Assembly (NCBI RefSeq): GCF_001194135.2
Contig: NC_069003.1
Location: forward strand, 32,809,543 to 32,873,542
DNA length: 64,000 nucleotides
Direction: 5' to 3'
Source of the DNA: Octopus bimaculoides
Lineage: Eukaryota
The number at the start of each line of letters is the position of its first letter. Position 1 is the first letter of the stretch. A program made the translations under genes and the position numbers. The notes beneath the pieces are model-generated. The model was not told where the DNA came from. It did no database searches and worked only from the letters and a program-made list of their open reading frames with translations. Positions 40,260 to 52,853 of this stretch are shown piece after piece.

Positions 40260-40327
40260 TATAGAGTCTGATGAGCTGTTCACAAAGCTGTGGCTTTCAT
40301 GGATGTGAAACCGTTGGTCACTCTATG
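40260..40327 (+). ncRNA. Type I hammerhead ribozyme motif, catalytic core intact
   Basis: Stem I ATAGAGT/ACTCTAT; CTGATGA 40268-74; imperfect long stem II 40275-306; GAAA 40307-10; stem III ACC-GTT-GGT; GTC cleavage triplet ending at 40319. Confidence 0.75.
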
Positions 40328-40391
40328 ACCAGACTTTAACTTCAGTGATTATATGTATATATATATGTGTGTATGTATATATATATATATA

Positions 40392-40545
40392 TCATCATCA
40401 TCATCATCATCATCGTTTAACGTCCGCTTTCCATGCTAGCATGGGTTGGACGATTTGACTGAGGACTGGTGAAACCGGATGGCAACACCAGGCTCTATTC
40501 TAAATTTGGCAGAGTTTCTACAGCTGGATGCCCTTCCTAACGCCA
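40392..40545 (-). mobile_element. LINE-tail-derived repeat with (CAT)n end (twin at 34284-34430; related at about 21440-21660 and 51050-51180)
   Basis: catcatcgtttaacg...ctttccatgctagcatgggttggacg...ggatgcccttcctaacgcca. Confidence 0.7.
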
Positions 40546-40643
40546 TATATATATGGGAGAATTTATGAAAAAGCAACAGACGAAGACAGGTGGTGTAAAC
40601 AACAAATGGATGTATTAGCATAACACTCGGGAATAGAGAAAGT

Positions 40644-40679
40644 CTTTGACGTTTCGAGCCTACGCTCTTCAACTGAAAG
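40644..40679 (-). ncRNA. Minimal type I hammerhead-like motif with degenerate core
   Basis: Minus strand reads CTTT CAGTTGA A GAGC gtag GCTC GAAA CG TC AAAG. Stems I and II, GAAA, the ACGT palindrome and GTC are present; the core differs from CTGATGA at two positions. Confidence 0.55.
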
Positions 40680-43600
40680 GAACACAGAAAGAAACAAGGA
40701 GAAAAAGAAATAAATGTAGTGGTCAGCGGTGTATATATACATATATATGTGTGTGTGTGTGTATATATATATATACACACACACACACACATATGTATAT
40801 ACATATATGTGAGCATATGTATTTGTGGCTGTGTTTGTCACCCCGACCACTCACCCACTCACAGTTATTCAACCAGTGTTGATTTGTTTATGTCCCCATA
40901 ACTTAGCAGTTCAGCAAAAGAGATCTACAGAATAAATACCAGACCTTAAAAAAAAAAAAAACACTAAGTACTGGGATTGATTTATTCAACTAAAACTCAT
41001 CAAAGTGGGGCTCCAGCATGACCACAGTCCACTGACTGGAACAAGTAAACGATAAAAGATATATCCAGAAACTATTTCTTAATACTGTCAATCAATCCAC
41101 TTAAGTGATCTCCTTCAATCAGTTATTATATCATAAAACACGTTGAGGTCAGGTTGGCTTCATGTATTGATATTAGCTGGTAAGATAAATATTATGTCTA
41201 ATAGCATAACACTCAAATTAAATTAACCAATGCAGCAATACAAGTGTACTTTAACATTGTTGTTTTTTTTTTACTGTGAAGAGAAAACTTGTTAATACTG
41301 TATTTTATGGCAAGCAACTCAATGTAGTATATAATGTAAACATGCAGTGTAAATGTACAAACATCACTAGCTTTTCAAATCTTGCTGCATTTCATGTGGA
41401 ATTTTTGGCCCTCCAAAGTTTTCTTTGGTGTATAAGTAGACCTACCATTTTTTTTTTTTTTTTCTTGTTGTAAATTTTTGTTTGAAAATTTCAAATCTGT
41501 ATGTAAAAAATTTACAAAGTTAAAAGCAAATATTGTGGGCACCCCTCTTGAACTTGAATAAGTCAAAATAACGTGAACAAATAAGTATTATATTTGACAG
41601 ATTAATATGAACACTAAAGATGTTTTTAGGTGTTTTTTTTACTTATATGCACACATAACACAGCCTCACTTGGTTGGGACTACATGTATTACTTTGACAT
41701 TATCATTCCATAAAATTTATTTATGTGGAGAAAAATATTGAAAAATATCAATAGATGTGTGAGTGAGAAAGAAACGTGAAGGGAAGTTTTAGGATGTGCT
41801 AGAAACAACAGCCAGATCTCCCTTAAATCACACATTTTCCTCTGAAATTATTAACAATGTTTTTTAAAACTTAAACTATTTCTCTCATGGGTTTTAAGTA
41901 CGTAGAGGTAAAAAAAATGGCCAAAATCATTTCAAACTGGGGTGGTGAGTGGGTGGTGGGAGTGAAAAAAAACAATTTTCAAAATTTTTTCTTTTTTTTT
42001 TCATGAAAAGATGCCACCCATCATTCTGAAGACTTTGGTGGAAAGCATTAGAAAAAAATCCGTGTCAAAACGGAGAAATTCCAATTTATGTGGGTCGTCT
42101 GATCCGAAACTTCTCTCCTCGCTACCTTCNNNNNNNNNNNNNNNNNNNNNNNNNNNNNNNNNNNNNNNNNNNNNNNNNNNNNNNNNNNNNNNNNNNNNNN
42201 NNNNNNNNNNNNNNNNNNNNNNNNNNNNNNNNNNNNNNNNNNNNNNNNNNNNNNNNNNNNNNNNNNNNNNNNNNNNNNNNNNNTTCCAGAAAGTTATGAG
42301 GGAGAAAATGTCCGAGGATACCCCCACCTCCGGTTTTCCGGACCAAAAAAAGTGTTTTGTGGCATATTAGGAGGTCACTGTAATTCATTCAACGAAAAAA
42401 GAAAAAAAAAAAAAAAATCAATGATTCCGGGATAGGGAGGGATCCGGTTTCGCACCCACCCCTCTTTTCTGAACAAAATTAAGGGGTTTTCGGCACATTA
42501 AGAGGTCAGGGTACTTGATTCCACGCAAAAAAAAAAAAAAAAATCCGAGGTTTTTTTTTTTTCTTAGTGAAACGCGTGCGGGTGTATTTCCCAAAATTTA
42601 CCGTTGACTTTGCCTTCCATCCTTTCAGGGTCGGTAAAATAAGCCCCAGCTGCGCACTAGGGTCGACAGAATCGACTAAACTGCTTCCCTCAAAATTTCA
42701 GGCATTGTGTCTATAGAAAGAAAACAATATTACTGTATAAATTTGTGGATGTCGTTATTTAGCACTAAGTCAGCTCTGATCAAGTAGAACTATAATCAAT
42801 TATATTCCATTCGTGACCAACCTTATCCCTTTTCTTTTTTCTTTTGGTAAGGTGCAGGAGTTCTTGGTTGTGCCGTTTTGTGACATAGGCACATCGAGCA
42901 GTCGTCCAGGACCCCTATAGGTCTAGGGTCCTAATTCTAATCTGTGTACCCTGTGGCTTGCTAATAAATAAATACAATAGGACTCAGTGCCAGGGCCGTC
43001 ATTGCAGCATCATTGGCCCCGGGGGAAAATAAATGCAATGGAGCCCGATAATATTTATTTATTGACAGCAAGACACATTATACGAGTCTAGGACATTTAC
43101 CATCCCCCCAAGGACAATAACCCCCCACCAGGAAAATTACTCCTGAGGACAACAAATGATTATTTAAAACTTCTTAATATATTGGAGAAGGAGGGTCATT
43201 AATTGAGTGGGGGTGTAATTGTCCTATGAGGGAGGGGTAATTGTCCTGATACGTAGCATACCTAGATTAGAATTGGGCGCCTAGAGCTGCGGGACCCTGG
43301 GCAACTGCTCAGTGTGCCTATGCCTTAATTTTTCCGGGGGCCTATAATACTGTTTATACGACTCTGGTTCTAGGCTCAGTGCCAGTGCACTCAGGAGCAT
43401 GTTATCAAGTGAAACGTAGGCGGCGAGCTGGCAGAACTGTTAGCACGCCGGACAAAATGCCTAGCGGCATTTCGTTCTGAGTTCAATTTCCTCTGCGGTC
43501 GATTCTGCCTTTCTTCCTTTCAGGGTCAATAAAATAAGTAACACTAAAGTACTCGGCTCGTTGTAATCGATCTCCTTCTCCCCTCTCAAAAACTGCAGGC

Positions 43601-44399
43601 CCGCCGTCAAAATTTGAAATCATTAACCAATGAAACGATTGGGCGTGATTTGAAGGAAATTTGTTTATTCACAGTAAATTGAACAACTATGTTGAGGTTA
43701 TTTTGTCGGATCTTATACGAGTTCAGGGTGTGGCTTGGATGTTGTTCTGCTAACCCAGTCGAGTTAACTGCAACATAGTTATGTGCAGCAAGTCGAGCAG
43801 CGACGGGGCTCCCGCCCTCGATCAATCCAAAGGTAAGCAAATCTAAGACATTTTTTTTATATATAAAATTAATTAAACCGTGTTTGGATTTTGAAGCGAA
43901 ATCAATAACAAATATCAAGATTATTATTATGGTTGTGTGAATAATTTAAACAAAAAAAGTCCCAAATTAAATTTTAATTGCAAGTAGAATTAACCCTTCC
44001 CTGTGGATTATGTTTCGTAATGATTAATATTTCTCAATCATTAAGTATTATTTAAACATTTAAAATTGCTTGTTAATAATTCTATGAATGAGAGAAAATC
44101 ATATAAATGTCAGGATATATATATATATATATATACAAACAGCGATCATTGAGAATCGTTTACTTCATTTTTCTGTCATGTGGCTACAATACATGTGCAA
44201 CACCGTAATATTTGTTGTTGTGATGTAAGCAGTCTCTGCTTTCAATAATTAGATTTTCGAGATAATAAAAGTTAACGTGATATATTATACGATCTTGCGC
44301 TTGAAATATTGAATTCTCCTCGATAATATATATACGAAAGAGAGAGAGAGAGAGAGAGAGAGAGAAGAAAGAAAGATCCTCTGTATCCTAATCGCTTGT

Positions 44400-44522
44400 G
44401 ATTGTAACAATGTTTACGATTTCGATACTACAGACGTGAGAAAGTACGTGTTGTTCTGCTAATGCAATCAAGTTTACCGCTTTGCTTATTTCACTTAAAA
44501 GACACATATATATAATCGACAG
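44400..44522 (+). promoter_or_regulatory. Candidate non-coding first exon and promoter region of AADAT (start approximate)
   Basis: CAG|GTGAGT donor at 44522/44523 in a locally CpG-retaining zone just after a (GA)n tract. The ATG exon has an acceptor, so an upstream exon must exist. Confidence 0.4.
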
Positions 44523-44555
44523 GTGAGTGGAGAATTATTTTTAAATCGGTGTCTC

Positions 44556-44587
<32 letters not shown>

Positions 44588-47500
44588 GTATGTTTCATAC
44601 TTGTTAATGTGATGGATGTTAATTGCCTTCTTCGAGGCCGATGTCCTGTTTAACCTTTATTTTATTTTAACATCTGTTATCAAAACTCCGTAAGAGGGAC
44701 ATGTCGGATGGAAACAGGTTTCGTAAACATTTATACTGCGTTATCTTATGGATGATTGAGTATTTTACAAAAATTCTGTTATCTGTTTATCTAAATCTAT
44801 ACCTCTACTCGGCTTGAATATACTTCAAGGGGAGGATGAGTAGCGATCACGACCTTTGCAGCGTTTTTGATTCTGATGGTTGGTGGTGAGAAAGGGGCTA
44901 AAAAAAAAAATCTAAATCTGTTGATGTTTTGGTAACTAGGTATACAGTAAAACTGTATCCAGCATTAACGCGCGGCTGTCAAAGAGGGGTCCATCAGGGT
45001 TGAGCGAGTTGAACAGCTGGGGATTCCGGGATACAGTAAAACCCCAAATTCGGACAGACTATTATGCACGCATATATATATATATATTTTGTTGGGTGGG
45101 TGGGGTTATGCAGCCCTTATTTTGGTTATATTTATGAATATAACAAAACAAAAAGAAATATATATTTTTGGTTAAATTTAAATTCTTTTTATGAATTTCT
45201 TAATCAATTAAGTATAATATGAGTGCAAAGTTAATAATATTACATCACACACGGGATATATATATATATACAGTTTGCGTTTCCAAAATTTCTAATTCCT
45301 CACTCATGAAAGAATAAATTCACCATTAAGTGGTTTTTACAGTCGTTCTTCATTACGAAACACTTCCTAAATGTTATGCTCACTTAACGATTTTCTTTCC
45401 CCTCGTCTTTCTTTTTGCATGCCATTTCTTCAGCCTGTTTTCTTTCACGAAAAAAAAAAACAAGTCTTTCTTTATTTTCTTCAGTTAGTTTGAATTTTAG
45501 TAGACGAGGTCCCACGAGTTTAAAAAATGGAACACGAGTCAGTCTGAATTTTCGTTCACATTCTGCTGTTGCACCGGAATTGCACTTACAACTGTTTGCA
45601 ACTGCAGAAAATGTACGGAAACTATCTCCCTGTTTTGATGTATCTGACTTTAATAAAATATAGTCATATGAACCTTTTTATATTCAGAAGAGGGTCGGAT
45701 CTAACAGATCAAACTGCCTTTGGGACTAATAGCTACCTTCATATAGCTATATACTTAAACCCGTGCAAACACGAAAAGCTTCTGCCTATATAATTAACGT
45801 GCCAGTGACATACTTAACTGTGCACGGTATTCACAATATTAGTAATGCTTTTAGATCTTGCTAAATAGCACTTAATGTTCACATCTCAAGACATAATGGC
45901 CACAACAACTCGTACACAGCGTGCACACTTTCTAACGGTTCCCTTTTCACGTGTTCGGTTTGCTTTTTCATTTATTGTGTTCCACGTCACGATCTCAAGT
46001 ATTTTAAAAGGTTAATATGTCAACATCACAGCACAACCGCCCACAAATAGCGCGCAATTTTGATGTCTTCAGGGCACTTTATAATAAATTCTTTCTACTC
46101 TAGAGTAGACATAAGGCTTGAAATTTTGGTGAAGGGTACAAGTCGATTACATCGATCCCAATACGCAACAGGTGCATTCTTTTTTTTATTTTTTTTAAAA
46201 AAAACGATTTTGAAAGGCAGAGTCAACATCGGTGGAATTTGAACTTAAAATCTCAAAGCGGAGGAAATACCGTTGAGCATTTTATCCAACGCGGTAACGA
46301 TTCTGCCAACTCGCCATCTTACAACACTATGTAATAAAACAATATCATCTCTCAAAAACTATTCATATAAAGCTTGAAGAATTTTTAACTAGGTCCAAGG
46401 ACACAAATTTAGTGGTGGGTGTGATTAGGTTAACTTGACCCCAGTTCTTGACTAATATTTCTTCCAGTCCGGAAGGACAGACGGCAAAGCTGATTGCAAT
46501 GGAATTTGAACCCAAAACGTAAAGGGCCAAGCTTTTTGTCCAACCCTCTAATGCTTCTCCAAACCGAATGCCCTCATACAAAGTTAAAATGAATGACTTT
46601 GTTGCCCAAGTTCCAAGACATCATTTGTAGTATTATTTTGAAGCGATTCAAGGTGGCGAGCTGGTTGAATCGTTAGCATGCCGGACAAAGTGCTTTGTGT
46701 TATTTTGTCCGTCTTTATGTTCCGCGTTCAAATTCTGCCGAGGTTGATTTTGCCTTTCGTTTTGATAAAATAAGTACTAGTCTAGTGCTGGGGTGAATGT
46801 AACCGGCTAGCCCCCACTCCCCCTAATTTTCCTATACTAGAAAGACTTATTTTGAAACGATACGGCAGCATCTCCAAAGAAAATCGTTTCCAAGAAAATT
46901 GCGTAATAGATTCACACACACACACATATATAATAGGCCTATTCTGAAGGTTGACAAAATCTATTCATTAATTGATAAAGTTTAAATCCTGAGTTATCTT
47001 GACAGCTCATTTCAGTTGGGTTTAATATTATCATTTTTTGAGGAGACAATGGGTCATTAAACTTTCAAAACTGTTAATCACCACGTGAATGAATAAATAT
47101 TCACTTGGTGTATTGCGATTCCTGCAACACACTTCATATCTTCTCAATACGTTGCGTGTAATTTTTTTTTTTTTTTTTACAATCCAGTCTCTATATTCTC
47201 AGATTGTGTGTTTTAACCAATAGTGTATATTCTAATATTATATAACACTTTATATAGTCTCTATAACATTGTATTATCTAACGCGGATTCCTCAATTATC
47301 GGACCACGGATCATTTGGTATCGAACCGCACAAAAAGAGTAAATTTTAAGATTTAATTTTCTGTTTTATTCACTATCGCAGTATGTATTATATTTGTAAC
47401 AGACATGGGTTAATGCTTATTTTAACTCCCGGTCACAAAAACAAAAGAAAAAGTGTAATAGGTGTGAAACAAAAAGTGTATTAAACGAATATGAAAACAA

Positions 47501-49935
47501 NNNNNNNNNNNNNNNNNNNNNNNNNNNNNNNNNNNNNNNNNNNNNNNNNNNNNNNNNNNNNNNNNNNNNNNNNNNNNNNNNNNNNNNNNNNNNNNNNNNN
47601 NNNNNNNNNNNNNNNNNNNNNNNNNNNNNNNNNNNNNNNNNNNNNNNNNNNNNNNNNNNNNNNNNNNNNNNNNNNNNNNNNNNNNNNNNNNNNNNNNNNN
47701 NNNNNNNNNNNNNNNNNNNNNNNNNNNNNNNNNNNNNNNNNNNNNNNNNNNNNNNNNNNNNNNNNNNNNNNNNNNNNNNNNNNNNNNNNNNNNNNNNNNN
47801 NNNNNNNNNNNNNNNNNNNNNNNNNNNNNNNNNNNNNNNNNNNNNNNNNNNNNNNNNNNNNNNNNNNNNNNNNNNNNNNNNNNNNNNNNNNNNNNNNNNN
47901 NNNNNNNNNNNNNNNNNNNNNNNNNNNNNNNNNNNNNNNNNNNNNNNNNNNNNNNNNNNNNNNNNNNNNNNNNNNNNNNNNNNNNNNNNNNNNNNNNNNN
48001 NNNNNNNNNNNNNNNNNNNNNNNNNNNNNNNNNNNNNNNNNNNNNNNNNNNNNNNNNNNNNNNNNNNNNNNNNNNNNNNNNNNNNNNNNNNNNNNNNNNN
48101 NNNNNNNTATTTTCTAAAAATCTTTTTACTTGTTTCAGTTACTGGTTAAGGAGTTTCATATTTGGAAACAAAATTTTCAATTCCTGTTATTTATTGATTA
48201 AGTGACAAATTTTTCAATAGATTAAAAAAACATTTTTGCTTTCTTTTCTGTTGTTATTGTCTATGTTACTTAGCTTCAAGTCAGTCAGAAAATTAGTTTT
48301 CCAGTTAACAACATTACATACATTATATCATTAATACTAATTGTGTGGTATTTCATCAATGTTAACTCTAGAAGTTAACATTTACAGCTGGCACTGCAAG
48401 TTCAAAGCTCGCTTTTGAATTTGTTTGTCATTTTAATATGCATGGTTTTACCCAATGTAATTTTAACCAGCAATTATAATAAACCTGACTAAGCTCTCTT
48501 TTTTAATAAGTATCATAAAACTGAAGAAATGTCAACATGTATTGTCTACATGAGAGATATTTTCCCAGGAATTTTGTTGCTCTACATTAAGCCTGCATTT
48601 TGTATGAGTGTGTATTATACACAAATAGATAAATCTTGTCAAACTTCTTATGGCTGAAAGAGGAACCATTTTTAATGGCCCATCACCATTTGCAGGTGTC
48701 GCTTAAAAAGCACCCAGTCCACACTGTAAAGTGGTTGGCATTTGGAAGGGCATCCAGTTGTAAAAATCTTGCCAAAACTGACCTTGCCTGTCAGTTATCA
48801 TAATTTATCATAATTTTTATTTATTACTATGTCTAAAAGGCCAGCACAAGGGCAACTTTCTAGTGGAAATCCAGAAAGAAAACATTTAATGCTCAGCATA
48901 ATGAAGAAAGCAGAGTTAATTTACTTTTCTAAGTGGATTAATAAAGATCAAACATACTCTGCTTCAGAAAATGTATTATTTTGTGCCTGTATCTTTTAAA
49001 TAAAATTATGTTCTTTACTTTTCTTTGTTTATTTTTCATCCTATCTATTATATGTGGTACAATATTCTATATTTTAAGAGTTTTAAGTGCCTTAATAAAG
49101 ACCAAACAGACTCTGCTTTAGAAATGTATTGATTTGTGTATGTTATACAAGTTTGTTTTTCACTTTGCATTGTTTATTTTATATTTTCGGTATATATTTA
49201 GCCTGTGTCCAAAAATCCGGAAAATCCAGAAATCTGGACCACCTATGGTCCCAAGGTTGCCTATGCTGTAAATTTTGAAATAAAACAAAGTATTGGGCTG
49301 TAGCCTTTTCTCCTTTCAAATCTTTAACTAACCTAAAAGAGTAACAAGACGCACAAATCTGAGAACAATCGTTATATGTAGTCTTTAGAGAGAAGTGGAG
49401 AGTAAGGCTAACAGGGGCAGGTGTGGCTGTATAGCAAGAAGCTTTTCTTCTCAACCACATAGTTCTGTGTTTAGTTCCATTGTGTGGAACCTTGGGCAAG
49501 TGTTTTCTACTATAGCTCCATGCCAACCAAAGCGTTATGAGTTAATAGAAACTGATTTGGTTGATAGAAACTAAAAGAAGCCCATTATATATGTGTGTGT
49601 GTGTGTATAAATATAGATATATATGAATGTGTGTATTGTGTGTTGCTGTTGCCTTACCTTGCGTCACATGATAGTTGTAAACAAGTGTCACTATTATGCA
49701 AGTGATGTCTTTCATTTTCACTTCTCTGTGAAAAACATGTCTGGTCATGAAATATTACCTTACTTGGAAACAGGCGAGGGTTAACAACAGGAAGGACATC
49801 CAGCTGTAAAATTTTGCCCTCAACCATTTCCAGCTGACCCTTGTAGGCATCAAAAGTTGAATGCCAATACAGTGATCGCTATTGTAAAAATCACATTAAT
49901 TTGCAAGTATTTTGTATTATAATTGGATATGTTAG

Positions 49936-50090
49936 TTATTTACATTATTTACACCTGATGAAGGCTGGAGGGTATATCAGCCGAGATGTGTTAACAGCAA
50001 ACAAGATGAGGACAAATATCTGTCATATGTAAATAATGTACATAATTCCTCATCTCTTAAATATAGAACTGGATATGTTAGATTTCAAAT
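49936..50090 (+). mobile_element. Penelope-like terminal repeat fragment with decayed hammerhead and a short inverted tail copy
   Basis: ACAC CTGATGA A GGCTG gagggtatat CAGCC GAGA T GTGT; the downstream tail is shared with 53480-53540 and 27257-27326. It is preceded by ttatttacattatttaca, the reverse complement of the tail. Confidence 0.6.
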
Positions 50091-51179
50091 TATCTTAAAT
50101 ACATGCAAAGCAACGTGATTTTATGAGATCAACAACTAACAAAATACAGGTGGCAGCTTTACTCTCCATTTCTCTGTCATGCTTGGGAGGATAAGATTCA
50201 GTGACGTTCAACCTGACTTGCTTCATCGTTCACAAAGCCACTCCCTTCTTTTTAACTTCCATTGGTCAAACCAGAATATTGAATCACTCTTACACTGTTG
50301 TATATTATAACTTTAAATTGTGTTTTATTGAGAACTGAATGAAGAATGCATGAATAATTTATGTTAAACCAGTAAGCTTCTGCTGACAGAAACTTAACAA
50401 AGGATAGCTAATAATAAGGATCTTGAGCAGAAGATGTTAAACATATAAAAAGAACGTCTGCAAATTGAGAGTTAACTATATCCTCCACCCATGTGTTACA
50501 TTGATTCACCTCCCCCCACTACAGAACCAAACTGCCTCCCATTATGCACTATGCCTGCCTCTCCCTCTCATGCTTCTGCAGTCTAGCCCACACCCTCTCA
50601 TCTCTCTCTCTTTCTCTCTCTCAACACACTCACTTGTCCTCCTTCCTCTGTCAACTGTATCATTACTCTCCTGCTGCTCTCCCCTCCACCAAACTCCCTC
50701 CTGCACCTCTATCCTCCCAACTCATTACCCCTCAACCCCCACCGAACTTCTTTTACAGCTGCAGGCTGTCTCTCCATCCCTCTCATCTTCTGCTCCCCCC
50801 ACACAATTTTGCAATAACCTCACCCACCTACTCCAACTTACCTCGGTGTCTTGAGGGGCCACACATCTCCCATCTACCCCTTTGTAGCTTCAAATGATCG
50901 TTTTTTTTTTCTCTCCTCTACTAAATGTGAATAACCATGCAGCTCAGCTCTTCTGCAAGAACCTGCTCTCCCACCCTTCTCTCATACTCCAACCCCTCAC
51001 CTCCCTCGGCATTTGCGGTCTTGTGAACTGCATTGCAATCTCATCAGTGCTGGTGGCACAAAACGAAGCACACAATACACGCTGTAAAGTGTTTGGTGTA
51101 AGGAAGGGCATCCAGCTGTAGAAACCAAAGCAAAGCAATCAATGGAACATGGAGCAGTTCTTGGACCCATTGGATCCTG

Positions 51180-51301
51180 ATAAACTACTGCTACTACAGC
51201 CGCCACCACCACCACCACCACTGCTGCCGCCACTACTACTACTATTACTACTACTGCTGCTGCTGCTGCTACTACTACTACTACTACTACTGCTGCTGCT
51301 G

Positions 51302-51362
<61 letters not shown>
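51180..51362. repeat. Compound (CTA/CTG/CCA)n microsatellite
   Basis: Direct reading; it generates the poly-Leu ORF artefact. Confidence 0.95.
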
Positions 51363-52249
51363 AGTACCAGACTAATTATCTGGCAAGCTTGAGACCAGAA
51401 GTGTTCTTTATTTCTGGATTTTCTGGTTTTCTGGAGAGTCTAAACTTAGGAAATAAACTCTGAGAAGTAAAGAGCTAAATTGTAATTAACAAATTCAAAT
51501 TCAAACACAATTCTAAAGCAGAGTCTGTTTAATATTTATTAATCTACATTAACAAAATAATGAACAAAACTATTTTTAATAAAACCATATGCAAATTAAC
51601 CATATTCAAAAGCAGGGTCTGTTTACTCGATACAGAGTACAGTATATTGCACAGTATTTCCGGATTTCTGGAAATTCCGGATTTCTAGAAGCCGGGCAAG
51701 AGGTCCGGTCCTATATTAATATATCGTGTCTGCTAAATATCAGATTATTCCCCCCATTATCACAATTCCTATTTCCAATTCTGATTAATTGCGTGCCTGG
51801 TGCAGAAGTTTATTATGAGTTATCTCTCTTGGTTTATGCTAGTCGAAGCAATGCTTACTTCCCTTTGATACTGGTCCTGTCTCCAAGTTATACACGTCAT
51901 ATTAACACATTTCTTTCCCTATTTCTGGTGACATACTCTGCCTTGTTTCAATTAATTTTGGGGAAAAAAAAGAAAAATGAAGAATTTAGGAAGATAACTT
52001 ATTATTAAGCTGTTGTCAGGAACAAATTTATTAAAAATTTTGATGGAAGATTTATTATTGGAAAAAATGTAGTCCACCTTTAATTTCCTTGTATTCTAGT
52101 TTTTTTTTCTTTTTTTCTGGGTGATTGCTAGCAGAATTGGTATACAAGTGGGCAAAGTGGTTCTTGTTTGTATTTACTCAAGTGCCTTTACATTTTGAGT
52201 TCAAATCCCATCAAAGGCAGCTTTCCTTTTCATCCTTCTTGGATCACTA

Positions 52250-52283
<34 letters not shown>

Positions 52284-52481
52284 CTCAAGAACACAACACA
52301 CCACCCTGTCAAGGAAACGAGACCATGATCTTGCAATCCTGAATGTCGTTCCCTAACGAACAGTCCGTGCGCCCTCATGCATATTTGATAGTGTTTGTTA
52401 ATTGTATATGTTATCTGAATTTCTCTAACAACTGCTGAACATGAATATTATTCTTTTTCAGGGGATTCCAAAGCAGCAGCC

Positions 52482-52548
52482 ATGAATTACGTACGGTATT
52501 TTACTAAAATTAGTATGGCCAGGAAACCCTCAATTACAAGGTCACTAG
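52482..52548 (+). CDS. AADAT: AADAT coding exon 1 (MNYVRYFTKISMARKPSITRSL)
   Basis: Acceptor ttctttttcag at 52461, ATG at 52482, G|gtatgt donor; resembles the KAT II N-terminus MNY.RF...S.AR.PS..R with Arg20 retained. Confidence 0.92.
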
Positions 52549-52853
52549 GTATGTTATTGCACAACTAATTAAATGCTTGATTATTAAATTTCATTGTTGA
52601 AATTTTTATTATACATATATATATATATCTTCTTTTTTTCTTTTACTTGTTTCAGTCATTTGACTGCAGCCATACTGGAGCACCCCCTTTAATCGAACAA
52701 ATCAACCCCATGACTTATTCTTTGTAAGCCTAGTACTTATCGGACTCTTTTGCCGAACTGCTAAGTTACAAGGACATAATCACACCAACATTGGTTGTCA
52801 AGAGATGGTGGGGGGGGGGGGACAAACACAGAGACACACACAAATATATATAT

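Noticed and set aside
41930-42600. CpG-rich unusual sequence around the 42130 gap
   Set aside because: Homopolymer-laden and resembles low-quality read ends; unsafe to interpret.
50465-50897. Overlapping 117-129 aa ORFs
   Set aside because: Pyrimidine-rich low-complexity sequence with no domain motifs.
51149-51463. Poly-Pro/poly-Leu ORF, and poly-Ser/Arg/Phe ORFs at 54416-54799
   Set aside because: Translations of microsatellites with no splice or homology support.
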